DNA of 25,346 bases from a virus. Lineage: Duplodnaviria > Caudoviricetes. The translations under genes were made by a program, and so were the position numbers. Every line of letters begins with the position of its first letter. Within the stretch, counting starts at the first letter, position 1. Location: IMG/VR virus record IMGVR_UViG_3300034375_006747, positions 1 through 25,346 of that record; one strand, 5' to 3'. Of the stretch, positions 8,251 to 16,044 are shown one piece after another. Below the pieces are notes generated by a model, which saw only the letters and a program-made list of their open reading frames with translations, searched no databases and was not told where the DNA came from.

Positions 8251-9158
8251 CGTATGTTAGATAATAATCACGGAGTTATCAGTGAATATATCATCTATTC
8301 TACCCTATTGGGAGTTATAAATCTAAATTAAGAGATTAAAGATACAGGCTAAATAATGACAATCTTGCTTACAGTTAAAGTTCAAAGTAATTTGTCAAAA
8401 CCACTTTGATTAAATTAACAACCCACCACACTCCACAACTAACCTAAAAGGATATTGTACTGCAAGTTATTCCTTCAGGCTTATATACCTTTCAGTATAT
8501 GGCTCGTGCATTACGCTACGACCACCTGAGATGAAGCTTCCCAAATGAGAAGTTACCTTCACAACCTATATCTTTAATCTCTCAAATTAACTAAGTCCTT
8601 ACGGATATGAGCGTATCTGTTTGCTTACTTAAATTACTTATCTAACATTTTTCGACATGCCGTATTTCAGGATTGGTTACTAAATGGTTTATAAGTTTTA
8701 AGTAGTTCATATTGCTTCGAATCAATATATGCTTTATAGCGTAGCCCTAAAGTATTTCAACTAAAGGCAGGTACATTCCTGAACTACTTGCCAAACAACT
8801 ACTCATATCCATAAGAACTCAGTTACAAAGAGCTTTTGTGAGAGCATACTCTAGATTTTTGGCTAGTTAAGTTTATACCAATCCTACTTTAAATTATTTT
8901 TTAATGGAAATTCTCAATCCTGTAGTCAATACGCCTACCTTACTTCTTACTTCTTGCTTTACTTCTTAACAAGTGGGCTAATTACCTCCCCAAGTTTCAT
9001 TTTCAGGTACTAGTTTATGCTCACAAAAGCTCTCTGTTTAAGTCTTCATCAAGGTTGAATTTCTAATTTCTTACCTACCAATTTTACTTGGGTTAGCTCT
9101 CGCTCTACTCGGTTGCTATTTTTTAAGGCTAACCATAACCTTATAAAAAATATAATAA
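8205..9158 (-). ncRNA. putative ~950-nt multi-domain structured non-coding RNA, family not recognised
   Basis: No long ORF; three adjacent domains closed by 20, 25 and 18 bp helices, all deviations G-U on the minus strand; upstream TATAAT and downstream terminator. Confidence 0.7.
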
Positions 9159-9164
9159 ACCTAT

Positions 9165-9192
9165 ATTATACTTTTTCTACTTTTTGTTCTAA
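9165..9192 (-). promoter_or_regulatory. candidate promoter of the ncRNA
   Basis: TATAAT at 9170-9165; weak -35 TTAGAA 16 nt upstream; A-tract further upstream. Confidence 0.45.
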
Positions 9193-9208
9193 GTTTTTTT
9201 TATTTTAG

Positions 9209-9236
9209 TTGTTATAGCGAGAACAGATTATATAAT
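9209..9236 (+). promoter_or_regulatory. promoter of the que operon
   Basis: TTGTTA-16 nt-TATAAT. Confidence 0.6.
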
Positions 9237-9267
9237 AGACAAATTTTTTATACCTGCTAACCTTATC

Positions 9268-9302
9268 TCAAGTACTAGAAAACCTTAAACAAAACTAGGA
9301 GG
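9268..9302 (+). promoter_or_regulatory. candidate preQ1 class I riboswitch-like element overlapping the queF RBS
   Basis: UCAAG-UACUAGAAAAC-CUUAA-ACAAAACUAG-GAGG; loop and A-rich tail resemble preQ1-I, but P1 is weak. Confidence 0.35.
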
Positions 9303-9307
9303 ACAAA

Positions 9308-9703
9308 ATGGCACATGAGCCAGAATATACTAAAGACCTAACTATATTAGGAAAAAAGACAAGAAATCCATTAGACCAACTTGAAACTTTTCCTGCACCA
9401 AAAAATACTCAAACAGTAAAATTTTGGACTGATGAATTGACAAGTTTATGTCCAATGACAGGACAACCTGACTTTGGAGAATTAACTATTGAATATCAGC
9501 CTGATGAATTATGTATTGAAAGTAAATCATTAAAGCTATATTTATGGACATTTAGAGAAGTAGGACATTTTTGCGAGGCATTAGCAAGTGATATTGCACA
9601 AAAATTATTTGATACTTTAGAGCCTAAATGGATAAAAGTAACTAATAAACAATCTAAAAGAGGTGGAATTGAAACTACTTCAGTAGGATATTTGGAGAAA
9701 TAA
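9308..9703 (+). CDS. queF: NADPH-dependent preQ0 reductase, unimodular QueF
   Basis: LCPMTGQPD and QueF motif ESKSLKLYL; RGGI near the C-terminus. Confidence 0.9.
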   Translation: MAHEPEYTKDLTILGKKTRNPLDQLETFPAPKNTQTVKFWTDELTSLCPMTGQPDFGELTIEYQPDELCIESKSLKLYLWTFREVGHFCEALASDIAQKLFDTLEPKWIKVTNKQSKRGGIETTSVGYLEK

Positions 9704-10485
9704 TGAAAAGAGCAGTATTAAGCCTTAGTGGAGGCATGGATAGTACAGGACTTTTAATTAATTTTTTAGCAAATGATTATAAAGTTTCTGCATTAAGTTT
9801 TGATTATGGACAAAAACATAAACTTGAATTAGAAAGATTATCTGATAATTTAGCTTATTTAAAAGAAAATGGCTATGAAGTAGAACATACAGTATTAGAT
9901 GTATCTCAAATAGGTAATTTATATAACTCTGCATTAGTTAGTAGCGATACTGATGTGCCAGAGGGCTTTTATGAGCAAGAAAATATGAAACTTACAGTAG
10001 TTCCAAATAGAAATATGATTTTCTTTTCTATGATTGCAGGTTATGCATTATCAATAGCAACAAAAGAAAATTGCCAAGTAGATATTGGACTTGGAGTTCA
10101 TAGTGGCGACCACGCAATTTATCCTGATTGCAGACCTGAATTTTATGTAGAGGCAATGAATGCTTTTAAAGTAGGCAATTGGGATAGTGATTTAGTAAGT
10201 TTAAAACTTCCTTACTTAAATGGAGATAAATTTACTATATTGCAAGATACTGACGCAAACTGCGTTAAGTTAAATTTAGACTTTAATACAGTTCTAAAAA
10301 ATACTAATACAAGTTATGCACCTGATGAAAAAGGAAGAGCTAGTGGAAAAACTGGCTCTGATGTTGAACGAATATTAGCTTTTTGGCAATTAGGAACACA
10401 AGACCCAGTTGAGTATGTAGGAGGTTGGGACGAAGTCTTAGAAAACGCTCTTAAATTACAACAAGAATTTCAAGAGAATAAGTAG
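9703..10485 (+). CDS. queC: 7-cyano-7-deazaguanine synthase
   Basis: SGGMDS PP-loop, FDYGQKH, VPNRN, YPDCRPEF. Confidence 0.93.
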   Translation: MKRAVLSLSGGMDSTGLLINFLANDYKVSALSFDYGQKHKLELERLSDNLAYLKENGYEVEHTVLDVSQIGNLYNSALVSSDTDVPEGFYEQENMKLTVVPNRNMIFFSMIAGYALSIATKENCQVDIGLGVHSGDHAIYPDCRPEFYVEAMNAFKVGNWDSDLVSLKLPYLNGDKFTILQDTDANCVKLNLDFNTVLKNTNTSYAPDEKGRASGKTGSDVERILAFWQLGTQDPVEYVGGWDEVLENALKLQQEFQENK

Positions 10486-10499
10486 GGCTACTACCCAAT

Positions 10500-10546
10500 G
10501 AATGCTTTTTCCTACCGAGAGAACAAAAGCTCACAGGTCTTTTTTG
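10500..10546 (-). repeat. dispersed intergenic repeat, copy R1 (inverted)
   Basis: Reverse complement of 10500-10529 matches 20034-20063 at 29/30 nt. Confidence 0.8.
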
Positions 10547-10573
10547 ACCATAAACATTGAAAGGTTGTAAGAA

Positions 10574-10951
10574 ATGTACTCAATAGCTAAAGAATTTACT
10601 TTTTCTGCAAGTCATCAATTACTTAATTTACCAAAAGAACACCAATGTGCTAGGTTGCATGGACATAATTATGTAGTAATTGTTGAGTTAATATCTATGA
10701 GATTAGATGAAGTTGGTTTCATAATTGACTATGGAGAATTAAATTTTATTAAAGAATATATAGATAATAAATTAGACCATAGGCATTTAAACGATGTTTT
10801 AAACTTTAATCCTACTGCTGAAAAAATGGCTAAACATTTTTATAAAGAATTTGAAGCAATGTTTATTGAAATATATGGAGAAAAAGATATTTTAAATAAA
10901 GTAAGTGTAAAAGAAACTGATAAAACTATTGCAAGTTATTATGAATACTAA
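10574..10951 (+). CDS. queD: 6-carboxytetrahydropterin synthase
   Basis: FSASH, CARLHGHNY, LDHRHLN, PTAE, VKET. Confidence 0.93.
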   Translation: MYSIAKEFTFSASHQLLNLPKEHQCARLHGHNYVVIVELISMRLDEVGFIIDYGELNFIKEYIDNKLDHRHLNDVLNFNPTAEKMAKHFYKEFEAMFIEIYGEKDILNKVSVKETDKTIASYYEY

Positions 10952-11675
10952 AACTTTACCTTTAATTAGAATAAATGAAATTTTTGGACCTACATTTCAA
11001 GGCGAGGGGCAAACTATTGGAAAGATTAGTGCATTTATTCGTGTTAGTGGTTGCAATTTAACTTGTGATTGGTGCGATACTCCATACACTTGGGACTGGA
11101 AAGGTAAAAATGGAGTTAAGTATGACCCTAAAAAAGAAACTATTGGCTTTACAGTTGAGCAAGTAGTAGGACAAATAATGAGCCTTAATTTACCTTTTGG
11201 AAGTCATATTGTTTTTACTGGTGGCGAACCAATGAGCCAACAAAGTAAATTATTTCATGTAATGAAAAATCTAAGACAAAAAGGATTTGTTATTGAAATT
11301 GAAACAAATGGAACAATATTAGCTAAAAATGATGAGTTTTTTGATGTTATAGATTACTTTAATATTAGTCCTAAATTATCAAATGCAGGTATGCCAAAAG
11401 AAAAAACTATTAAACCAAAAGTATTAGAACAATATATGCAATATTCGCAAAACTATGCTTTTAAATTTGTAGTACAAGAAATAGATGACTTATTTGAAGT
11501 AGATGAAATAGTAAAAGAAAACGATTTAAAAAATGTTTATATAATGCCTGAAGGCAAAAATAATAAAGACCATTTTATAAATATGGTGCAACTATCAGAT
11601 GAAATACTAAAAAGAGGATATAACTTATCTCCAAGATTGCATGTCTTGTTATGGTCAGATGAAAGAGGTAAATAA
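10941..11675 (+). CDS. queE: 7-carboxy-7-deazaguanine synthase (radical SAM)
   Basis: TFQGEG, CNLTCDWCDT, TGGEP, IETNG, SPK, RLH; start re-called to ATG 10941. Confidence 0.93.
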   Translation: MNTKTLPLIRINEIFGPTFQGEGQTIGKISAFIRVSGCNLTCDWCDTPYTWDWKGKNGVKYDPKKETIGFTVEQVVGQIMSLNLPFGSHIVFTGGEPMSQQSKLFHVMKNLRQKGFVIEIETNGTILAKNDEFFDVIDYFNISPKLSNAGMPKEKTIKPKVLEQYMQYSQNYAFKFVVQEIDDLFEVDEIVKENDLKNVYIMPEGKNNKDHFINMVQLSDEILKRGYNLSPRLHVLLWSDERGK

Positions 11676-12214
11676 TGCAACAAGAAAAAATAGAAAAATT
11701 AATAAAAGAATTATTAATTGAAATTGGAGAAGACCCAAATAGAGATGGATTATTAGAAACACCAAAAAGAGTTGCAAAGTTTTGGAAAGAGTTTATAGAT
11801 TATGACGCAGGAAAAATTGGAACAACTTTTGAAGCAGTAAAAGCAGACCAAATGGTTATAGTTAAAGGAATAAAAGTTTGGTCTTTATGTGAACATCATT
11901 TAATGCCGTTTAGTTCAGAAATAGCAATTGGTTATATAACTAGAGATAAAGTTTTAGGATTATCTAAATTTGCTAGAATAGCACATAAACACGCACATAA
12001 ATTACAACTACAAGAAAAACTAGTTTCTGATATTGCAAATGAAGTTAGAGATTTAGTAAATACATATGATGTAGCAGTTTATGGAATAGGAACCCATCTA
12101 TGTATGGTTGCAAGAGGAATTAAGACTGACGGACAAATGATTACTTCAGTTATGCGTGGAGTATTTAGAGAAGAAAGCGAAACTAGAAACGAATTTTTAT
12201 CATTAGTTAAATAA
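11675..12214 (+). CDS. folE: GTP cyclohydrolase I
   Basis: GLLETPKRVA, SLCEHHLMPF, GLSKFAR, LQLQE, HLCMVARG. Confidence 0.95.
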   Translation: MQQEKIEKLIKELLIEIGEDPNRDGLLETPKRVAKFWKEFIDYDAGKIGTTFEAVKADQMVIVKGIKVWSLCEHHLMPFSSEIAIGYITRDKVLGLSKFARIAHKHAHKLQLQEKLVSDIANEVRDLVNTYDVAVYGIGTHLCMVARGIKTDGQMITSVMRGVFREESETRNEFLSLVK

Positions 12215-12340
12215 ATTTATCTTCTTATTAATATATAATTAGTTAAACAATAATAAAAGAAAGGAATGCTTTACATATTTAAGACAATGTGGTTGTTGTT
12301 CTGAGTAAATTATTTATTCGTTTTCTTTCATGGACTAAAT

Positions 12341-12381
12341 AGAGCCTGTAATTAGTAATAATTATGGGCTTTATTTTTTTT
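12341..12381 (+). terminator. intrinsic terminator
   Basis: AGAGCCTGTAATTA-GTAA-TAATTATGGGCTTT followed by a T-tract. Confidence 0.75.
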
Positions 12382-12392
12382 AAAATAGTAGT

Positions 12393-12446
12393 TTGTTATA
12401 TTCTAAAATGGTTATATAATTATCTTATATTAGATAATAAGGAGAT
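12393..12446 (+). promoter_or_regulatory. early promoter plus TTAGATAATAA leader motif and RBS
   Basis: TTGTTA-16 nt-TATAAT, then TATCTTATATTAGATAATAAGGAG; closely resembles 16866-16926. Confidence 0.65.
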
Positions 12447-12448
12447 AT

Positions 12449-12706
12449 ATGAAAATATATAAGGCAATAGAAGAAAATGATAACCTAATATTTGGCAAAG
12501 AATATGTTGGTTATGATTTAGATATTGATGACTGTGTAGGTAGTAAAAGTATTCAACTTACTCATGTTGTTAGTTCAGATAGAGTTATTCAATTAACTAA
12601 TCCAATTATTACAAGTTATATTAATTTAACTGAAATTGGAGATAATGCAAATATTGGACTTAATCATAATGCAAAAGCAATTAAGAGAGTTAGAGGTAAT
12701 AAATAA
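12449..12706 (+). CDS. hypothetical protein
   Basis: 85-aa ORF with AAGGAG RBS. Confidence 0.7.
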   Translation: MKIYKAIEENDNLIFGKEYVGYDLDIDDCVGSKSIQLTHVVSSDRVIQLTNPIITSYINLTEIGDNANIGLNHNAKAIKRVRGNK

Positions 12707-12867
12707 TGAATATAGAATTTTTATATTGGTTTTTAAATATTATGTTTCTAATATCATTAATTCTTTTACCATTAGCTATTTTTGAAATATTTTATAAAGA
12801 AAAGAAAACTGAAATAGAATTATGGACTGAAGAATATCAAAAAGATGTTCCAATAGTTTGGAAGTAA
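12706..12867 (+). CDS. 53-aa small membrane protein
   Basis: GAGGT RBS, TAATG coupling, hydrophobic N-terminus; not in the ORF track. Confidence 0.6.
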   Translation: MNIEFLYWFLNIMFLISLILLPLAIFEIFYKEKKTEIELWTEEYQKDVPIVWK

Positions 12868-12869
12868 TT

Positions 12870-13073
12870 ATGTACCCAAAAATTGTAAAAACTAAACACA
12901 CTTGGAGATATATTTTTTATTACCAAAAAGCAGAAAAAGTAGGAGATTTATTTTATACCGATATAGTAACTGATAAAGGCTTTCAATATGCAGAAAGTAC
13001 TGCATGGGGCAGAGCAACTTTTGACGGCTGTAACTTTATGAAATATGTAAGTAAAAGAAAAGTAGGAGGATAA
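12870..13073 (+). CDS. hypothetical protein
   Basis: Start re-called to ATG 12870 (MYPKIVK). Confidence 0.6.
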   Translation: MYPKIVKTKHTWRYIFYYQKAEKVGDLFYTDIVTDKGFQYAESTAWGRATFDGCNFMKYVSKRKVGG

Positions 13074-13074
13074 T

Positions 13075-13266
13075 ATGTTCGGAGTAGATATTAGCACTTT
13101 ATTATTAGGAGGTATATTAATTGTACTTTTCCTTAATAATTTACAATTGCTAAGACTAAATGAAATAATAATTAGGCAGGCAAAACAAGATATGAAATAT
13201 CATATAGCTGACTTAAATTATAAAAATTCTATGGCTAAAATTAAAGAACTAGAAATAAAGGACTAA
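13075..13266 (+). CDS. small membrane protein
   Basis: AGGAGG RBS; N-terminal hydrophobic segment. Confidence 0.65.
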   Translation: MFGVDISTLLLGGILIVLFLNNLQLLRLNEIIIRQAKQDMKYHIADLNYKNSMAKIKELEIKD

Positions 13267-13268
13267 TT

Positions 13269-13460
13269 ATGACAGAAAAAGACTTTTGGAGCATTTATTG
13301 GTCTGTAAAAGAAATTGCAGATTATTATCAAGTCCAAATAAATACAGTTTGGATGTGGAAATATAATAACAAGCTACCTAAACCTTTTACCTTAGTTGGT
13401 AAAAGTCCTTTATGGATAGCAAGTGATGTAGTAAGTATGAAAGGTAATAAAAATGGATAA
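13269..13460 (+). CDS. AlpA/excisionase-like HTH protein
   Basis: SVKEIADYYQVQINTVWMW...LPKP...PLW pattern. Confidence 0.7.
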   Translation: MTEKDFWSIYWSVKEIADYYQVQINTVWMWKYNNKLPKPFTLVGKSPLWIASDVVSMKGNKNG

Positions 13461-13923
13461 AGAAACAAGAGCAATATATGCAGAATTATCAAAACCTTTT
13501 GGCAAAGGTGCAGTTAAATCTCCACCAAAAGGCAAATATGGTAATTATGTAGAACACTCTATGGTAAGGCAAAAAATGATTGCATTATTTGGTAACTTTG
13601 ATGAAAGCATTCCTTATCATTTGAAAGAAACTTTAACTAATCCTAAAACGCAAGAAACTAAACAAGTATTAGTTGGTTGCACTTATAGGCTTACAGTTGA
13701 AATAAATGGAGTAAAAGTTACAAAAGAAAGTACTGGAGTTTGCGAACATCCATTTAATTGGAATTCAGACGCAGAAAGATTAAAAGTAGCTGAAGCAGAC
13801 GGCTTTAAAAGAGTTTGTATGAAATTAGGAGTTGCATTACATTTGTATGCAAACGAAGATTTTATCTTACACGATATATTAAAATCAGATGAACAAGTAA
13901 GTTCAGACACTGAAGAAGAATAG
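13453..13923 (+). CDS. Rad52/Sak-like single-strand annealing protein
   Basis: LSKPF, YVEH, KESTG, AEADGFKR...GVALHLY. Confidence 0.7.
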   Translation: MDKETRAIYAELSKPFGKGAVKSPPKGKYGNYVEHSMVRQKMIALFGNFDESIPYHLKETLTNPKTQETKQVLVGCTYRLTVEINGVKVTKESTGVCEHPFNWNSDAERLKVAEADGFKRVCMKLGVALHLYANEDFILHDILKSDEQVSSDTEEE

Positions 13924-13948
13924 TACATATAATCCCTGTATCGTACTA

Positions 13949-13984
13949 AAAAATGGGCTAGGACTTAGGTTTTAGCCCATTTTT
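13949..13984. terminator. intrinsic terminator, potentially bidirectional
   Basis: A-tract, TGGGCTAGGAC-TTAG-GTTTTAGCCCA, T-tract. Confidence 0.8.
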
Positions 13985-13995
13985 ATTTATTTAGT

Positions 13996-14049
13996 GAAAA
14001 AACATACCTGAGGTTGCCCTCAGACAAGAGGAGATATTTCTCTGGTATA
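13996..14049 (+). repeat. dispersed intergenic repeat, copy R2 (divergent centre)
   Basis: ATACCTGA (14004-14011)-29 nt-TCTGGTAT (14041-14048). Confidence 0.65.
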
Positions 14050-14100
14050 AGTGTTAAGACTGAAAAGCTTGTAATTATTGACGATATAGGAGTTATAAAA

Positions 14101-14853
14101 ATGGATAAATTAGATATTGATAATAAATTTATCATTATTCCTGAATGGATTTTATTATCAAATATTTCAGATAAAGCAAAAGTTCTTTATGGTAATTTAT
14201 GGAAGTATGCAGATAGAGATACAAATAAATGCTTTCCAAGTAGAGCAACATTAGCAAAAAATATGAATTGTTATAAAAGTTCAATTGATAGAGTTTTAAA
14301 AGAGTTAATAGATATTAAAGCAGTTTCAGTACAAAATAGACCACCAAAAGATAATGGAGCTAATCAAAGTAATTTATATACATTAAGAACAATTAGCCCT
14401 GTATTCATAGATAAAGACACCCCTAGTAGTACTGATAAAGACACCCCTGTTGTCCTCGATAATGACCTAACAATAACCAATAGAACAAAAACCAATATAA
14501 CAAAGGTAAGAAAAAGAGATTTAATATTTGAAGAAATATGTAATCAATGTGGCATAGATTGGACTAAAGCAACAAGAGGAGAATTAGGCAGAGTTCAAAA
14601 AGCTACAAAAGAATTAAAAGAAATAAACGCAACTGTTGAAGAAATTAAAAAAGTATCTATTTGGTATAAAACAAATTGGAAAAATATTGATATTACACCT
14701 AATGGTATTGCTAATAACTTTAGTAATATTTTAGGTAAAATAGCTAAACAACCAAAAAAGAGAAAAAGTTGTGATGAAGTAGGTCATAATTGGATTGATT
14801 TAGAGCTGATATTTATTTGTCAATATTGTAGAATAGAAAAGAGTAAAAAATGA
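14101..14853 (+). CDS. phage replication initiator with N-terminal winged HTH
   Basis: CFPSRATLAKNM...SIDRVLKEL, SNLY; AGGAG RBS favours ATG 14101; internal direct repeats. Confidence 0.75.
   Translation: MDKLDIDNKFIIIPEWILLSNISDKAKVLYGNLWKYADRDTNKCFPSRATLAKNMNCYKSSIDRVLKELIDIKAVSVQNRPPKDNGANQSNLYTLRTISPVFIDKDTPSSTDKDTPVVLDNDLTITNRTKTNITKVRKRDLIFEEICNQCGIDWTKATRGELGRVQKATKELKEINATVEEIKKVSIWYKTNWKNIDITPNGIANNFSNILGKIAKQPKKRKSCDEVGHNWIDLELIFICQYCRIEKSKK
14410..14448 (+). repeat. iteron-like direct repeats, putative origin
   Basis: GATAAAGACACCCCT at 14410-14424 and 14434-14448 (24-nt period). Confidence 0.6.
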
Positions 14854-16025
14854 AAATTAAAATAAGTGAACTAAAATATTATCCTAAAAATGCTCGTCAA
14901 GGAGATGTAGGAGCTATTGCAAATAGCATAAAAGAACTAGGACAGTTTCGTTCTGTAGTAGTAAATAAAAATAATAATGAAATTTTAGCAGGTAATCATA
15001 CAGTTATGGCTATGGAGATGTTAGGTTATGACGAAGTTAATGTTGAATATGTAGATGTAGATGATAAAACTGCTAAAAAAATAGTTTTAGCTGATAATAG
15101 AATTTCTGACTTAGCAAGTTATAACGATAATGATTTAGCAGAATTATTAAAAGAAGTTGCACAAGATAGTGGGTTGAATGGAACTGGATTTGATGATGAT
15201 GATTTAGACGCATTATTAAAAGAAATTGCAGAGCCTTTAGATTTAGGAATAAATAAAAAACCAAAAGGAAAAAGAGTAGCTAGAAATTTACCGATAGATT
15301 TAATTTATTCTTATACACCTTTAGACCCAAGTTCATTTATTGCAAAAGAATTTGGTTGGTTATGTGGCTCAATTTCAACTGAAAGTATTCGATATGTAAA
15401 TAAGCCAGAAGTTGCAGAAAGATTTTTATGGCACCATGAAATACAATTTATTGATAATGATTGGAAAGACTATAATCACGAAAAACATTTAACTGCAGTA
15501 AAACATTTTAAACCTAAATATGCAACTACTAGAGATGTTATGAGTTCAGACCAATGTAGAGCAAATGATTGCGAATATTATACATTTGAACAAATTATGG
15601 AGTTTGCAGATGATATTGCACCTCATACAGAAAATATGATAATAATTCCAAAATATAATTGCATTGATAAAATACCTGAAGATTATGTTTTAGGATTTTC
15701 AGTACCAACTTCTTATGGTGGAACAGAAGTGCCTTGGGAGGCATTTAAAGGAAGAAAAGTTCATTTATTAGGTGGTAGTTGGAAACTACAATTGCAATAT
15801 TTAGAACTATTAGGAGATGATGTAATTAGTTTAGATAACAATTACATTAATAAAGTTTCTGATTGGGGACAATTTACTTTACCAGACGGAACATTAACTG
15901 ATTTAGAAAAAATTGGCTTTCCTAGAGGCTCAATTCTAAGTCATAAGACATTTGCAGTACTTTTAAGTCTTAATAATGTAGCTCAAAAAGTTAATGAAAT
16001 CTTAGGAAAAGACGAAGAAGAATAA
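14850..16025 (+). CDS. ParB/Srx-like N-terminal domain fused to a TGT/DpdA-like domain; candidate 7-deazaguanine DNA insertase
   Basis: N-term YPKNAR, ILAGNHT, LADNR; acidic linker; C-term FIDN, KVHLLGG and ISLD recall TGT-fold motifs; que operon nearby. Confidence 0.55.
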   Translation: MKIKISELKYYPKNARQGDVGAIANSIKELGQFRSVVVNKNNNEILAGNHTVMAMEMLGYDEVNVEYVDVDDKTAKKIVLADNRISDLASYNDNDLAELLKEVAQDSGLNGTGFDDDDLDALLKEIAEPLDLGINKKPKGKRVARNLPIDLIYSYTPLDPSSFIAKEFGWLCGSISTESIRYVNKPEVAERFLWHHEIQFIDNDWKDYNHEKHLTAVKHFKPKYATTRDVMSSDQCRANDCEYYTFEQIMEFADDIAPHTENMIIIPKYNCIDKIPEDYVLGFSVPTSYGGTEVPWEAFKGRKVHLLGGSWKLQLQYLELLGDDVISLDNNYINKVSDWGQFTLPDGTLTDLEKIGFPRGSILSHKTFAVLLSLNNVAQKVNEILGKDEEE

Positions 16026-16044
16026 AAACCTCAATGATTATGGA

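Noticed and set aside
8478-8505. Minus-strand GAGCC-AUAUAC-UGAAAG-GUAUAU resembling group II intron domain 5
   Set aside because: Too short, lacks the 3' GGUUC-type strand and a following domain 6; no interrupted gene or reverse transcriptase
8331-9037. Long inverted repeats as transposon/MITE ends or DNA cruciforms
   Set aside because: The three pairs are unrelated in sequence, no transposase is present, and the mismatches are strand-specific G-U, favouring RNA helices
8207-9307. CRISPR array, tRNA, tmRNA, RNase P RNA or group I intron in the gap
   Set aside because: No periodic direct repeats, no cloverleaf or T-loop with acceptor stem, no tmRNA ends, no RNase P P4 or group I P7 signature seen
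9308-12214. que operon as a host tRNA-queuosine auxiliary pathway
   Set aside because: No canonical tgt, queA, queG or tRNA genes in the window; DNA modification is the better-precedented role, although the tRNA role is not strictly excluded
14014-14100. Upstream TTG start for the initiator
   Set aside because: It runs through repeat R2; the AGGAG RBS supports ATG 14101
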